Source: Macrostomum hystrix
Taxonomy: Eukaryota; Animalia; Platyhelminthes
Direction of reading: 5' to 3'
NCBI GenBank assembly: GCA_950097015.1
Contig: CATNEN010000039.1
Span: 14,136,001 to 14,200,000, forward strand
Length of the DNA: 64,000 bases
A program made the position numbers and the translations under genes. The notes under the pieces were generated by a model. The model was not told where the DNA came from. It was given only the letters and a program-made list of their open reading frames with translations, and did no database searches. Shown here in pieces: positions 52,345-63,859 of the stretch; the stretch's first letter is position 1, and each line of letters begins with the position of its first letter.

Positions 52345-52720
52345 ACGAGAGGTTTTGGTCGAACTTTAACCTTCCGTCAACTCGCATAAGCCCCTCTTCG
52401 TCTAGGAACGGTTGAAGACAGCGGAGTTGACTGGTTGACGAGACTGGCCTTCCATGACGGATATTTTGAATTTCAGCTTTGAATGTCTTTTCTTGCGCCA
52501 TTCGCAGAATCCCCTCCTCGGCATCTTGCAACTGGTCAACCTCGAGCTCTCCCACTCTCCTCTGATCTTTTTGCAGTCGACAATGCTGATGAAACGTTGA
52601 ACCCATGCCGTCATGCTGCGCAATGATGACAGTCCACTGACAGTCCACTGAGGGAGAACTGCAGGAAGCGAACAAAGGAGAAAATTCTTGACGGGCAAAA
52701 AGTTCTTCCGCCTGAAGAGG
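52345..52720 (-). pseudogene. BEL/Pao pol remnant (RNase H-integrase linker)
   Basis: TAWVQRFI...DAEEGILRMAQ..F..EI...L.PFLDEEGLMRVDGRL; frameshifted. Confidence 0.82.
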
Positions 52721-52860
52721 TTACTTGAAAAATTGCTAAAAATGGCTGTGGGAGGGAGTCATAAAAACTATAACACTATATGCTATGTCCGTATGTCCGT
52801 ATTCTGTCTCTGTACGGATGGATCTGAATTCCGAACCGATCCGATCCGTCTTTTATACAT

Positions 52861-53119
52861 CACTCTTGGTATTGTCATTGACAGTTTGGTCACTCATGAT
52901 ATTGTCATTGACAGTTTGGTCACTCATGGTATTGTCATTGACAGTTTGGTCACTCATGGTATTGTCATTGACAGTTTGGTCACTCATGGTATTGTCATTG
53001 ACAGTTTGGTCACTCATGGTATTGTCATTGACAGTTTGGTTACTCATGGTATTGTCATTGACAGTTTGGTCACTCTTGGTATTGTCATTGACAGTTTGGT
53101 CACTCATGGTATTGTCATT
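52861..53119. repeat. 30-bp minisatellite (CACTCATGGTATTGTCATTGACAGTTTGGT)
   Basis: About 8.5 units. Confidence 0.95.
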
Positions 53120-54086
53120 AAGCTATAACTTTTGCCCGGACGAAAAAGAGAGTGGAAACTAATAAAAAACTGACTTTCAATAGTTAAAAAACTGCAAAGC
53201 AGAGGCACACAGGGACCCGAAAAAGTGACTAATGTCTAAAAATGTCGAAAAATGTCTAATCTTTTTCTTTGTGCCTCTTCAGTCTTGTCAGTCGTTGCTT
53301 CCGCAGCATCGTTTTGCAAAGTGGTGGTAAGAGCAGTGTAGACGATCCCGTGAGCATGACTCATTGTGAGACCCCACCCAGACACTTCAAAATCCTGTCT
53401 CTCCGCTCTCTATTATTATTCGGGTTGATTGGAACTTGAAAGTGCTTTTTCAATCACGATTCGGAATGTGCGATTCAGGAACTGCGATTTGGAATCTGAG
53501 GTCTGTCGAATGAGATATAGGATCTCAGATGTAGGATCAACGGTATCCGATATTGGATCTATTTTCTGGGATCTGGGATCTGTGGTATAGGATGTGGGAT
53601 CTGAGGTGCGGAGGAATCTGAGAAAGAACGATTTGAAGTGATTGAAGAAAAGTAACTAGTTTTCATTAACCTGGCTCTGTCTAAAAAGTCTGTCAAATAT
53701 GGGCCTATGGGAAGCATACATTCAATGCATGTAAAGTGCAATACTTCTTTGTTAGAGAGAAACTCAAATAAGCTAGAAAGATTTCTAATAGTACAACACA
53801 AAAGTTCATCTCAGAAAAGTCATGCACGAAAAAAGCAAAGTAGAGCTGAAATTTGCCATAGACAAAAGGCGGGCACCCCTGTGTCAGCCAGCGCTGCCAT
53901 AGACCGAGCCGGCTCGGACCTGTACTTTCTGCAGCATATTGAAGGGGCAGCGGCCCGAAACGAAGAATCAAATCCAACAACTGACAACACTCGACTAAGC
54001 ATTCTGGCCGATTCTACTCAGCCGTTGCTACTCTGATCAAGAATTGACTGCAGTTCAACTGCCACCTGCCAGCTAATCGACCAAAT

Positions 54087-54409
54087 AATAATAATAATAA
54101 TAATAATAGTTACACTCCACGCCGACCACAGAAGTGGCCAAGAGGGGGGAGCGTCAAAACGCGCGTTTCAGTGCCAGGTCTCTGACGTGCTTCACGCCTG
54201 CCGCCTGGCTGGGTGCTCGGGCGTCTTCAAAAAGGCGGTCAATATAGCGGGCTGTACGTCCCTGGCCGCGCCTGCGCGGTCCCTGCGAGGTCCACAGCAG
54301 GACATCCTGCAGCGGCTCTGGGCAGTAGGCTTCGGCGCGGATGACATGCCCGGCCAGCCGCAGTCGCCGCTGACTCAGCAGGACAGAAGGCCGCGTTAAC
54401 AAATCTAAT
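54087..54409 (-). mobile_element. 5'-truncated RTE-clade LINE
   Basis: RRLRLAGHVIR...LLW...G.RRRG C-terminal motif; (TTA)n tail; 14-bp TSD CTAATCGACCAAAT (54073-54086, 54410-54423); empty site in copies A, B and D. Confidence 0.9.
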
Positions 54410-54457
54410 CTAATCGACCAAATCTAACTGGGCTATTCGGAATCGAAGCTGGAAATC

Positions 54458-55381
54458 ATGACGACTATGAAGCTGGTTATTGTTGGCGTGTTTCTTGCAC
54501 TTGGAGGCATCCAGCTGGCTGATTGTATTAAATGTATCTGGTCGAAAAATGAAAGAGTATCATTTTCTGACTATAAGAATGACGATACTGATACAGATTG
54601 TACTCCTGCCAACGTCAACAAGTGTAAAGTGGATTATCATCCTGTATTTGCAGATAATATTGGCGAAGTGGTGAGCGACCGAATGAATTAAAGTAATTTA
54701 ATTAGCATATCAATTCGAAATCATAAAGCAACAGTTTGCCTTATAAATTTTGCCCTATGCGGAAACTTTTTTTAGGTACTGAGATATGGTTGCGGCGCCT
54801 GTCTTGCTAAAAAATATTGCAAAGACTGCACGGGTGACAAATGCAATAAAGCGAGTGTATTTAACTTGACCAACGATCTAGAACGTGATCTGGTACCATG
54901 CCTTTACTATCAAAAATGGAAGACGTCAGAACTTCTATTTGAATATTTTTGCCCTCCATCAGAAAAGTGCCTTAAATTGGACTTCATAGCCCCCATAGCG
55001 TCAGTTGTTACAATTATCGGCTGTGAAATGTATGTCAACACGATGTATAACTTATACTCGAGAGATAAGAATCCTCGGAAGATGGAACGCTACGAATGCA
55101 CCCCAAACGCAGCAAAGTCTGATTGTAGCTCATTACGGATGTACCCTCCTCCTGCAACCACGACTGCCGCGGGTGCAACCACGACTGCTGCGGGTGCAAC
55201 CCCGACTGCTGCGGGTGCAACCACGACTGCCGCGGGTGCAACCCCGACTGCTGCGGGTGCAACCACGACTGCCGCGGGTGCAATCCCGACTGCTGCGGGT
55301 GCTAGGCACCAGAATTTGCTGTTCGTATCCGTACTGTTGGGCTGCACGATACTGCTAGCGATGCTGCTGCCAGCGCTGTAG
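54458..55381 (+). CDS. Paralogue E of the LU-like family, probably GPI-anchored; exons 54458-54670 and 54776-55381 (272 aa)
   Basis: Signal peptide; 105-bp phase-0 intron; 8-Cys domain ending CKDCTGDKCN; 6-Cys domain 2; 7 stalk units; terminal hydrophobic stretch with no tail. Confidence 0.88.
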
Positions 55382-55699
55382 ACTTTGCGCTAACAGTTTT
55401 TAATGTTGTGTTTGATGTGTTGAATGTATTGAAAGCATTGAATTGATGAGTTGAATGTATGGAATACTGTTTTCAAAGTTCTGTCTGAAAATGTGCTGAA
55501 AAAATCAAGGTGCTAAAAGCCTCCTCTTAATAGAAAAAACGGACCGACTTACGTTGCAAATCTCAAGCATGTCAGCTTTGTAATATTTTGTTCCTAAATA
55601 TATCTGTCTGTGTTGAATTGTTTTTTAATACACCGCACAAGCAACACAATTATCAGTTAAACATGGCTTGTCGTTTGAAAGTAGTCATGTTTATTTAAA

Positions 55700-58030
55700 A
55701 AATGACAATTCGTGCATTACGGTGAATTGGTAAAGCTTGCCACCGGCCGCGAGTGCTGTCAGCCGCTTCGAGCTCTCGGACAGAGGAATCTGCCAGTAGC
55801 CCTTGCAGCAGTCTAGCTTGGATATGAACTTGGCCCTGGTGACTTGCTCCAGCAGATCCTCGAGGTTCTTCATTGGGTAGGAATCGAATGCCACCAGCTC
55901 ATTTAGCGCCTTGAATCGGACCGAGCCATCCTTATTGGCCACTAGACAGACCGGGGAGCAGTAGTCACAGTCCACGGTTCGATCACTCCGAGGTCCAGCA
56001 TGCGTTGGATCTCCTCTTTGAGCACCTGTCGATGCACCTGCGGCTCCCGCCGCGGCCGGATGCGCACTTTACGGTCAGATGTCGTCCGGATTTGGTGCTC
56101 CACCAAGTCGGTCCTACCCGGGATCTCACTGAAGACGTTCGCGAAGTCCTGCACCAGCTGCTGGAGACGGTCCCTCTCGTCCGGGCTCAGACGGTCGGAC
56201 AGCGCAAGAGCACCCGTCGTTGTCGCTGACAGCTGCATCAAAATCGACCCTCGCGCACTGTATATTTCTTGAGCAGATTGATGTGGAACGTATTGGTTGC
56301 CGTGCCAATACGGATCCGGTAGTTCACGTCGCCGCACTTCTGCAGTACTTCATAGGTGTGAGAGATATAATTCAGACTACTGACAACAGTAGAAAAGCAA
56401 AGACTTGGCTGCAAAACTCTCACATAACACTAAAAAAAGTATCGCCATAGAAAATGGCAAGGTTAAAAGAGACTTCTGTGCACACTATGAGTGGTGGGAG
56501 AGGACTGCGTGTGGCTTTGGCTGACTGACGAAGGCAAACAAGCCAGAAACCGGTCTCGGTCTGCCAGCGCGAGGTTCGTTCCCTACTTTAAGTGTGTTAC
56601 AATAGGGGCCGCGCCATTCAGCGAGGAGCTTCTTGGCTGTCGATGGCAACAGCAGCAGCACCTGATCTCCGGTCTTCAGCTCTCGTTCCCGCGACTTCCG
56701 GTCGTACCAGAGCTTTTGGCGCTTCCGAGGTACGTCTTCGTTGCTCCGAGCTGCTTACTGACCGGCACGCAGCCGATGTCTCTAAGCCAGCACGAAGGAG
56801 ATGATGTCTTTCTTCTCTTCGGAGAGCTGCTCGTCCCAGGTCAGTCGCAGCAAGTCTAGCGGTTCTCACACGGTCCTTCCATACAACAGTTCGAAAGGGG
56901 AGAAACCAGTTGTCCTGTCAGACACCTCTCGGACGGCAAACAGTAAATAAGGCAGGTGCCGGTCCCACCTCTTTTTCTCGCGAGCTAGCAGCCGCCTCAA
57001 CATAGTCTTGAGCGTGCCGTGGAATCTCTCCACCAGAGCTTGGCTTTGCGGGTGGTGCGGTGTCGACTGGATGCCCTCAACTCCGGTGCACCGGTACAGG
57101 GCCTGCAGCAGTGTCGAGGAGAAGCTGGTGCCCCTGTCGCTCTGGATCTCCTTTGGGAAGCCGGTCCTCACGAAGCAGTTTATCAATGCCTTTGCCACAG
57201 ACTCCGCATGGATCTTACGCAGTGGGAATCCTTCTGGAAACCGAATAGCCGCATCGATAATCGATAACCGACAGGATGTACTGGTGACCGCTCGCCGTCC
57301 TTGGATACAGCCCGCTGAGGTCGATGACAACTTTAGTAAAGGCCTCCTCCACTCCAGGCACTCGCACAAGCTGCACCCGGTGGCTGCTTGGGATTCGAGC
57401 CGTCTTCTGACACTCGTCGCACGTTGCTACGAAGTCCTTCACGTCCACGATGATTGTCGGCCATTCAGGTTCCAATCAATCGTTGATAGGTCTTTTTCTT
57501 CCCAGGTGCCCAGCGAAAGCACTCTCATGGGCCTGAGACAGCGCCGTAGCACGCAGAGCTCTCGAAGCACCAGTTGGTCCTCGCCGACTGCTTGACGTCG
57601 ATACAATCTGCCGTTGCTTTCTTCTACCAGTTCGCTGGTTTGTACTGCCGCCTGAAGCTTACTGCCGTCTTGTAGGGCTGCCTGGTAATCTAATGCAACG
57701 GGGCGCACTGCTGTTTCCTGTTTCGCCTTGTTGTACTCTCGCTCGTGTTTAGGCACCTGCGCTCTAGTCATTCTCGGTTTTGATTTATTAGCCGGTTCCG
57801 GATCGATCTGGTTTAGGCCGCTGGCCGCAATGCCTTCCACGCGAAGCCTCTCCACGCGTGGTGTGGCGCACCCACTCTCTCTCATTGGCTGGGAGGGGTA
57901 GGCCTTTAGCCCCCGCGCGCCTCTCTTCCAGGTCCTGTGCTAGGGGTGCCTCCAACCCCTGGCTGGAGCTGGCTAATCACATCCAGTCGAGCCAAAGCGC
58001 CTACAGGGAGTGAGTCGGATCATTTCGGAT
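55700..58030 (-). mobile_element. Degenerate Gmr1-like Ty3/gypsy pol (integrase upstream of RT)
   Basis: Minus-strand order: Zn-finger CDECQK, rve core (SDRGTSF, HPQSQALVERFHGTLK), W.GPYEV...FHINLLKKY, then FSEIPGRT and RT start KLDCCKGYWQIPL. Confidence 0.85.
56357..56601. mobile_element. Solo LTR inserted in the Gmr1-like integrase
   Basis: TGT...ACA ends; 5-bp TSD ATAGG (56352-56356, 56602-56606); removing it restores GPYEV. Confidence 0.85.
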
Positions 58031-58846
58031 CAGGATCACGCCCCGCCTCCATCAGGTTAATTACGGCCACGTAGACCAAATCGGCCAGCTTCTTCAGCTG
58101 CGGAGCGCTTTCCATCAAAATCGGCCTAAAGCTGTTCAAAACTTCCAACACTAGCATCAGTCTGCGCCGCTCACCACCGTACTATCTCTCTAGCCTGTCC
58201 AACGCTGCCCTGTACGCAAACTCAGAGTGTCCCAAATTGACAATAAGCTTTAGCGCCTCGCCGTGCAAGCACTGTCTCAATTGCAGCAGTTTGTAGACCT
58301 GAGAGAAGGGTGCAGCATCAACACATGCGTAAAAGGCCGCCTTCCACCCCTCATACTGGCGTTTATCGCCTGCAAAACTCGGAATAGCCACCCTCTGCAA
58401 TTGGCGCCACATGTCTTGGCAAACATCTGTCTCGGCTAAACGCTGCGTACACTGCTGCTGCACGATTGGCTCTCTAGGCTGCCACTGTACGCTGGCTGAC
58501 TGTGACGGCGCTGGGCTGGGGACGGTTTCTGTTTTTATCGATCGCTCACCCGACCCCCCTTCGTGGGCAGTCCACTCAGCCTGGGCACGCCAGGAGTCCT
58601 GCCTAGGAGCAGGGAGGCTCCTGAGCACTCAAGGAATGTCCTAAGTGAACTTAGGAGAGCTAATTAAGGTGTGCAGCGTTTAATGAACCTAAGAGTCAAG
58701 AAAAGAGATAAGGAGCATTTTTGGTGTCTCTAGGAGTGACTTCTAGGTCTGTTTGTGTTATAAAGAAGGAGCGTTTTGCTCCTCACTCCTACCTCCCAGT
58801 CAAGATTTCAAGGGCCGAATTCGGTCCTTATTTGTCTAGGAGTGAA

Positions 58847-60014
58847 ATGTTTTCCGATTCGGACTCCGATTCTGAAGCCGATTTTCGACGTCACAGACAG
58901 TTCAAAGAACGAATAAACTTTTTTGGAGACGACATTGAAACTCATGCTCGCTTCAGGCTGACGGAGCAGCAACTTATAAGCCTTACAGAGAGAATTAGGC
59001 CCATTATTGAGCATCCGTCCCGCCGCAATCATGCGTTGAGTCCAGAGCAACAAGTGAGGCTTGCAATTCGCTTTCTGGCTACAGGAGCGGACTACAAAGT
59101 AGTAGGTGATGCTCATGGTGTCTCAAAAAGTACTGTTTGCAATACAGTGCACAGATTTGTTAATGCAGTAAACGACACTCTTTACTTCGATGTCGTTCAG
59201 TTTCCTGCTGACTGTGAGGCAGCCGTTGAAGGATTTCGAGCTAGAGGTGAGTGTCGAAGAATTTCGTTGATCTTAATATATGTGCAATCTCGTAATACTT
59301 GTATATATCAATGTGGAGCGTACTTTCTGTTTTTCGGCCTGAGATGTTATGTAAACTTGGTTCTGCTAAAACATGTTTTTCTTTAAACACTAAACAGCCA
59401 ACTTCCCGTGCGTATTCGGCTGTGTGGATGGAACACACATAGAGATCTTCCGGCCGACGATAAATGAAGAGCAGTTCGTCAACCGCCATGGTCGGCCTTC
59501 TATCAACACCATGATTGTCTGCGGCCCAGATTACAAAATTTACTTCGCTACTGCAAGATGGCCGGGCGCAGTAAGTGATGCCAGGGTTTTCCGCAATTCA
59601 CAAGTGGCGCAGCGTCTGAGAGGTGGATGGCGGCCTGCTCCTGGGGGCGTTCTTCTCGCGGACTCTGGATACTGGAACAACGACTATCTCATTACACCAT
59701 CGCTGAATCCACAGAACGACCAGGAGCGCCGTTTCAATGAAGCACACAAAGCAACAAGAAACATTGTGGAATGTACAATAGGTATCCTCAAGCAGCGACT
59801 TCGTTGCTTGCTCCGTCCTCTTCAGGTGCAGCCATTGTTTGCAGCTAACATTTTTCGTTGCTGTGTTGTCCTACACAATCTAGCCCTTCAAAATGGGCCG
59901 CCAGAGGGCGAACTCGAGGCTTTCTTACGCACAGAAGACTCCGCTGACGATAATCAGGGCGACGTACAGGTTGACAACAATAACCGACGTAATCAAATTG
60001 TGCAACTGTTCTAG
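58847..60014 (+). CDS. Harbinger (HARBI1-like) DDE transposase; exons 58847-59246 and 59398-60014 (338 aa)
   Basis: A.RFLATG HTH, FPCVFGCVDGTHI, WPGAVSDARVF, LADSGY, FN.AH...RNIVECTIGILK.R, C.VLHN; phase-1 GT-AG intron keeps the frame open. Confidence 0.92.
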
Positions 60015-60457
60015 ATTTCGCCAGCTGCTTTTGAAGACAATGCGTTTACATAGTATCCCGACTGTGAACTATAAATTCAGCTAAGATAACTTTCGCTTAA
60101 CTCTGCATGCTAAATACTACTCGTACAAAGACTGGTTTTTGCTCATAAATTTAATTATTAAACCAGTTGTGAGTTGAGAAGGTTAATACATGAATCCAGT
60201 TTTCAGTCCGTAACTGGCAATCTATATATTATAAAGCCCTATGAGTGACTAAAAGAATGCGTTTTCCTTACAACTCCATTTTGTAAAGGTGCGACATCCT
60301 CATAAATGTATTTCAATAGATGGAAAAAGTCCGACTAAATGCTAAGCTTAGCTAAGCATATATATTAAGTAGACAAAGTTTTGTCATTAAAACACGCCTT
60401 TTATCCAAACTGTTAATTATGATTCTCTCTAGAGCAACGTGTCATGCGTCGGCATGT

Positions 60458-61305
60458 TCAATGGGTCTCCGCAAACAGGCTAGCCGCAAGTTGTTCAGGG
60501 TCACCATCAGAGATTTGGAATTGCCCAGCAGGAAATTGCAGCTCTCGTCGCATCTTCTCATTCATGAGCTCCAAATTCTGACAGCGGAGCTCCGCTTCAC
60601 GAATGTCAAGACTTAGTTTTCTCACTTTCAACTGGTAGACATCCTCATCCTTGTCTTCCCGCGAAGTCCGCTGTCGTTTGACACTGCCACGTGATGTTAC
60701 GGTCTTTGATGCTTGCGCGGCAGAGCTGCATTGCGAGGTCTCAGTTGCTTCTGTTAGGAACGCCTGCTTGCTGAGCTGCTGTTGAAGCTTTGCCTGCTCT
60801 TCAGCACTCTCCGGTACATTTAGACCTTCGACGGCAGGAGAATCGCGGCCAAGAATGTCCAGAACGCCAAACTCCAGCTCCGTCCACTTGGCTGCCGATG
60901 AGCCCTCAGCGCCAGTCTGTTGAAACTTGTCCTTTTTAGCCTGAAAGAGAGCATGTTACGTTTGTTATTGCAAAATTTATTTCTATGTGAAAAACATCAC
61001 GTCTGGATTTACCCATTAATATTAGACATTTTCATAATGTATGTTGCAATAAGTACAATTTCTCTAAATGGGCTTCTGTTACTCACCAAGACGTTACTCT
61101 TCAGGTTTCCCCAAACTTTGTCACGGACGTACTTCCAGTCCCTGTTTGGAGGCGTCGGGTCGAAGCCATGGCGGCATGCTTCAATGACTTTCTTCCACGC
61201 CTCAGTCTTCGATTGCTTCGTTAGGGCGTTGGAAAATGAGCCGAAAAGAACGTCTTTTTGGGCGAAAATTTCTCTCACAAATTGTGCCTTCTGAGATGGC
61301 TGCAT
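60458..61305 (-). CDS. Harbinger Myb/SANT-like DNA-binding partner; exons 61305-61087 and 60940-60458 (233 aa)
   Basis: LFG.FS...K..AW......R.W..VRDK.W.NLK trihelix pattern; phase-0 GTGAGT...TTTCAG intron; exon 2 open to TGA. Confidence 0.8.
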
Positions 61306-62792
61306 TTTGCAAAAGTCCACCTAGAAAGAACTCCGTAAGGTGTGTATTCTTAGGAGCGTGATATAGCACGCACACACTTTTCATTCTTAGAGAAATTACG
61401 TAACACCCAATACCCCTTGAACTCCACTCCTAGCTTGGACTTGTTGCACAACTCCTAACTTGACTACTTACTCCTAGTGTTTGTCGAACACAATTCACGA
61501 CCACTCCTAGATGTAGGACACTCCTCACTACTCAGTCTTAGCTCCTTACTCCTATTTTTATAGCACAGGCCCCAGCTCAACCGCCCTAAGTTCTGCTTCT
61601 TGAACTCTCCGCTGCTCTTCTCTCTGCCGATGCTGTTCTTCCAATTCTGCCTAACGGTCCTTCTCCTCTCTTTTTGCAACCTCGCTCCTTCCTTGGTCTT
61701 TCAGAAATTCCGTCATCAGACTGACAGTCTCACCATAGTCATTTTCCGCAGCTTCCAGTTCCTTCAGAGTGTTGCGGCGCAGTGGCAGGTCGTCCTTGGC
61801 GAGCTCCAGCAGCTTCTCAAGGTCCTCGACTACTCGACTGAACAGGTCCTCCAGCGTGGCCGCCAACTGTTGAATCTCGCCGATGTCTCGTTCTGCAGCT
61901 ATCTGCTGCACCAGCCGGTTTCTGCCCTTAGTGAACGCGGTCTTGGCCTTGGTTTTGCTCGCTCTTGCTTCCACTAATTGAAGCTCTCGGTCATCGTCAT
62001 TGGGTTTTGATGCTCCTCCATCATCGGACATTTTGCAACCACGCTCTGCTACCAATTAATGTTCAGCAGACTATAAGATAAATTAAGGCTTCAACAACGA
62101 TGACTCGTAAATTTGTTAATTGACTATAATCTGCCACCAAACGCTGAGCGCAAAAACAACTCTTTAACTATTATAAGTCAGCATTCCACATTTATTAAAG
62201 CTCCAGTGCGGCCAACCTCAAATCAAAATTGGGGTGGGGCAGGCGAGGTAGGCTGACTGATGGACTTGCGTACATATACAGTACAAAAGAGAGATAAGCC
62301 TTCACAACAGAAAATACATCCAATATGGGATGCCGCTGATCCTACATCCGAGATCCTACATCTCATTCGACAGACCTCAGATCCCAAATCGCAGATCCTG
62401 AATCGCACATTCCGAATCGTGATTGAAAAAGCACTTTCAAGTTCCTATCAACCCGAATAATAATAGAGAGCGGAGAGACAGGATTTTGAAGTGTCTGGGT
62501 GGGGTCTCACAATGAGTCATGCTCATGGGATTGTTTACACTGCTCTTTCCACCACTTTGCAGAACGATGCTGCGGAAGCAACGACTGACAAGACTGAAGA
62601 GGCACAAAAAAGATATTAGACATTGAGGCCTTGGCAACAAGACATTATAGTTGAGACACGCTTAGAAGATGAGACAGTGGAGAGATGAGACGGACAAAAA
62701 GTTAAAGGGGAGAAATGAGAGAGGAAAAATAAATTGATGAGACACGAAAGATATGTGACACCATCTTAGATAAGATTTCTTGTCTGGGTTCT

Positions 62793-63098
62793 CTAACAGT
62801 CTTGGTATCTAACAGTCATGGGTGTCTAACAGTCTTTGGTGTCTAACAGTCTTGGGTGTCTAACAGTCTTGGGTGTCTAACAGTCTTGGGTGTCTAACAG
62901 TCTTGGGTGTCTAACAGTCTTGGGTGCCTAACAGTCTTGGGTGTCTAACAGTCTTTGGTGTCTAACAGTCTTGGGTGTCTAACAGTCTTGGGTGTCTAAC
63001 AGTCTTGGGTGTCTAACAGTCTTGGGTGTCTAACAGTCTTGGGTGTCTAACAGTCTTGGGTGCCTAACAGTCTTGGGTCTCTAACAGTCTTGGGTGTC
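62793..63098. repeat. 17-bp minisatellite (GTCTAACAGTCTTGGGT)
   Basis: Same unit and same left flank as the array at 21358. Confidence 0.95.
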
Positions 63099-63405
63099 TG
63101 TTTGTGTAGCCTATTTCGGGTCACTGTGTGCCTCAGTTTTGCAGTTTTAACTCTCTTTTTCGTCTGGGCAAAAGTTATAGCTTTGCTTCGTTCGTGTGCA
63201 ATAAAACGCTTATATAGCTCACAGGAACGCTATCAACAAAGAACTGACGTCATAGAGAAGCAGCTGAGAGTTTCTTGTGTCAGGCAATTTTATTGAAGGA
63301 AGGACTTAGAAGCCGTTGAGTACAACAGGCATTGCTGCTCGCATATAAGTGCATAAGAAGGTCGATTACGTCAACCTCGTTTGACCCACTCACAAACCCT
63401 GCAAG

Positions 63406-63859
63406 AGCAGCAGCAGCAGCAACAACCCTATCTGCATCCTTTACAGAAACAGCAGCAGCAGCAACTACAACCCTATATGCATCCTTTACAGAAACAGCAA
63501 CAGCAGCAGCAACTACAACCCTATCTGCATCCATTACAGAAACAGCAGCAGCAGCAGCAACTACAACCCTATCTGCATCCTTTACAGAAACAGCAGCAGC
63601 AGCAGCAACTACAACCCTATCTGCATCCTTTACAGAAACAGCAACAGCAGCAGCAACTACAACCCTATCTGCATCCTTTACAGAAACAGCAGCAGCAGCA
63701 GCAACTACAACCCTATCTGCATCCTTTACAGAAACAGCAACAGCAGCAGCAACTACAACCCTATCTGCATCCTTTACAGAAACAGCAGCAGCAGCAGCAA
63801 CTACAACCCTATCTGCATCCTTTACAGAAACAGCAGCAGCAGCAGCAACTACAACCCTA
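63406..63859. repeat. 48-bp CAG-rich minisatellite
   Basis: About 9.5 units, open in several frames. Confidence 0.93.

Larger units (their letters stand above)
58594..61572. mobile_element. PIF/Harbinger DNA transposon with two convergent genes
   Basis: Splits Pao gag; CAG on both flanks (58591-93, 61573-75); right end GGGCCTGTGCTATAAAA; left TIR not recognisable. Confidence 0.85.
58035..62031 (-). pseudogene. BEL/Pao gag (DUF1759-like), interrupted by the Harbinger
   Basis: N-terminal KTAFTKGRNRL coiled region 61575-62031; IPSFAGD...W...F...KLLQLRQCLHGEA...Y..ALDRL at 58182-58590; stops present. Confidence 0.85.
48125..62309 (-). mobile_element. BEL/Pao LTR retrotransposon, heavily rearranged with nested cargo
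   Basis: 250-bp direct LTRs 48125-48374 and 62060-62309 (TG..CA, 4 substitutions counted); TSD GAAAA at 48120-48124 and 62310-62314; PBS TGGTAGCAGAG (iMet-type) on minus from 62054; PPT AGGAAGGGG next to the 3' LTR; Pao gag and pol remnants inside. Confidence 0.92.
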
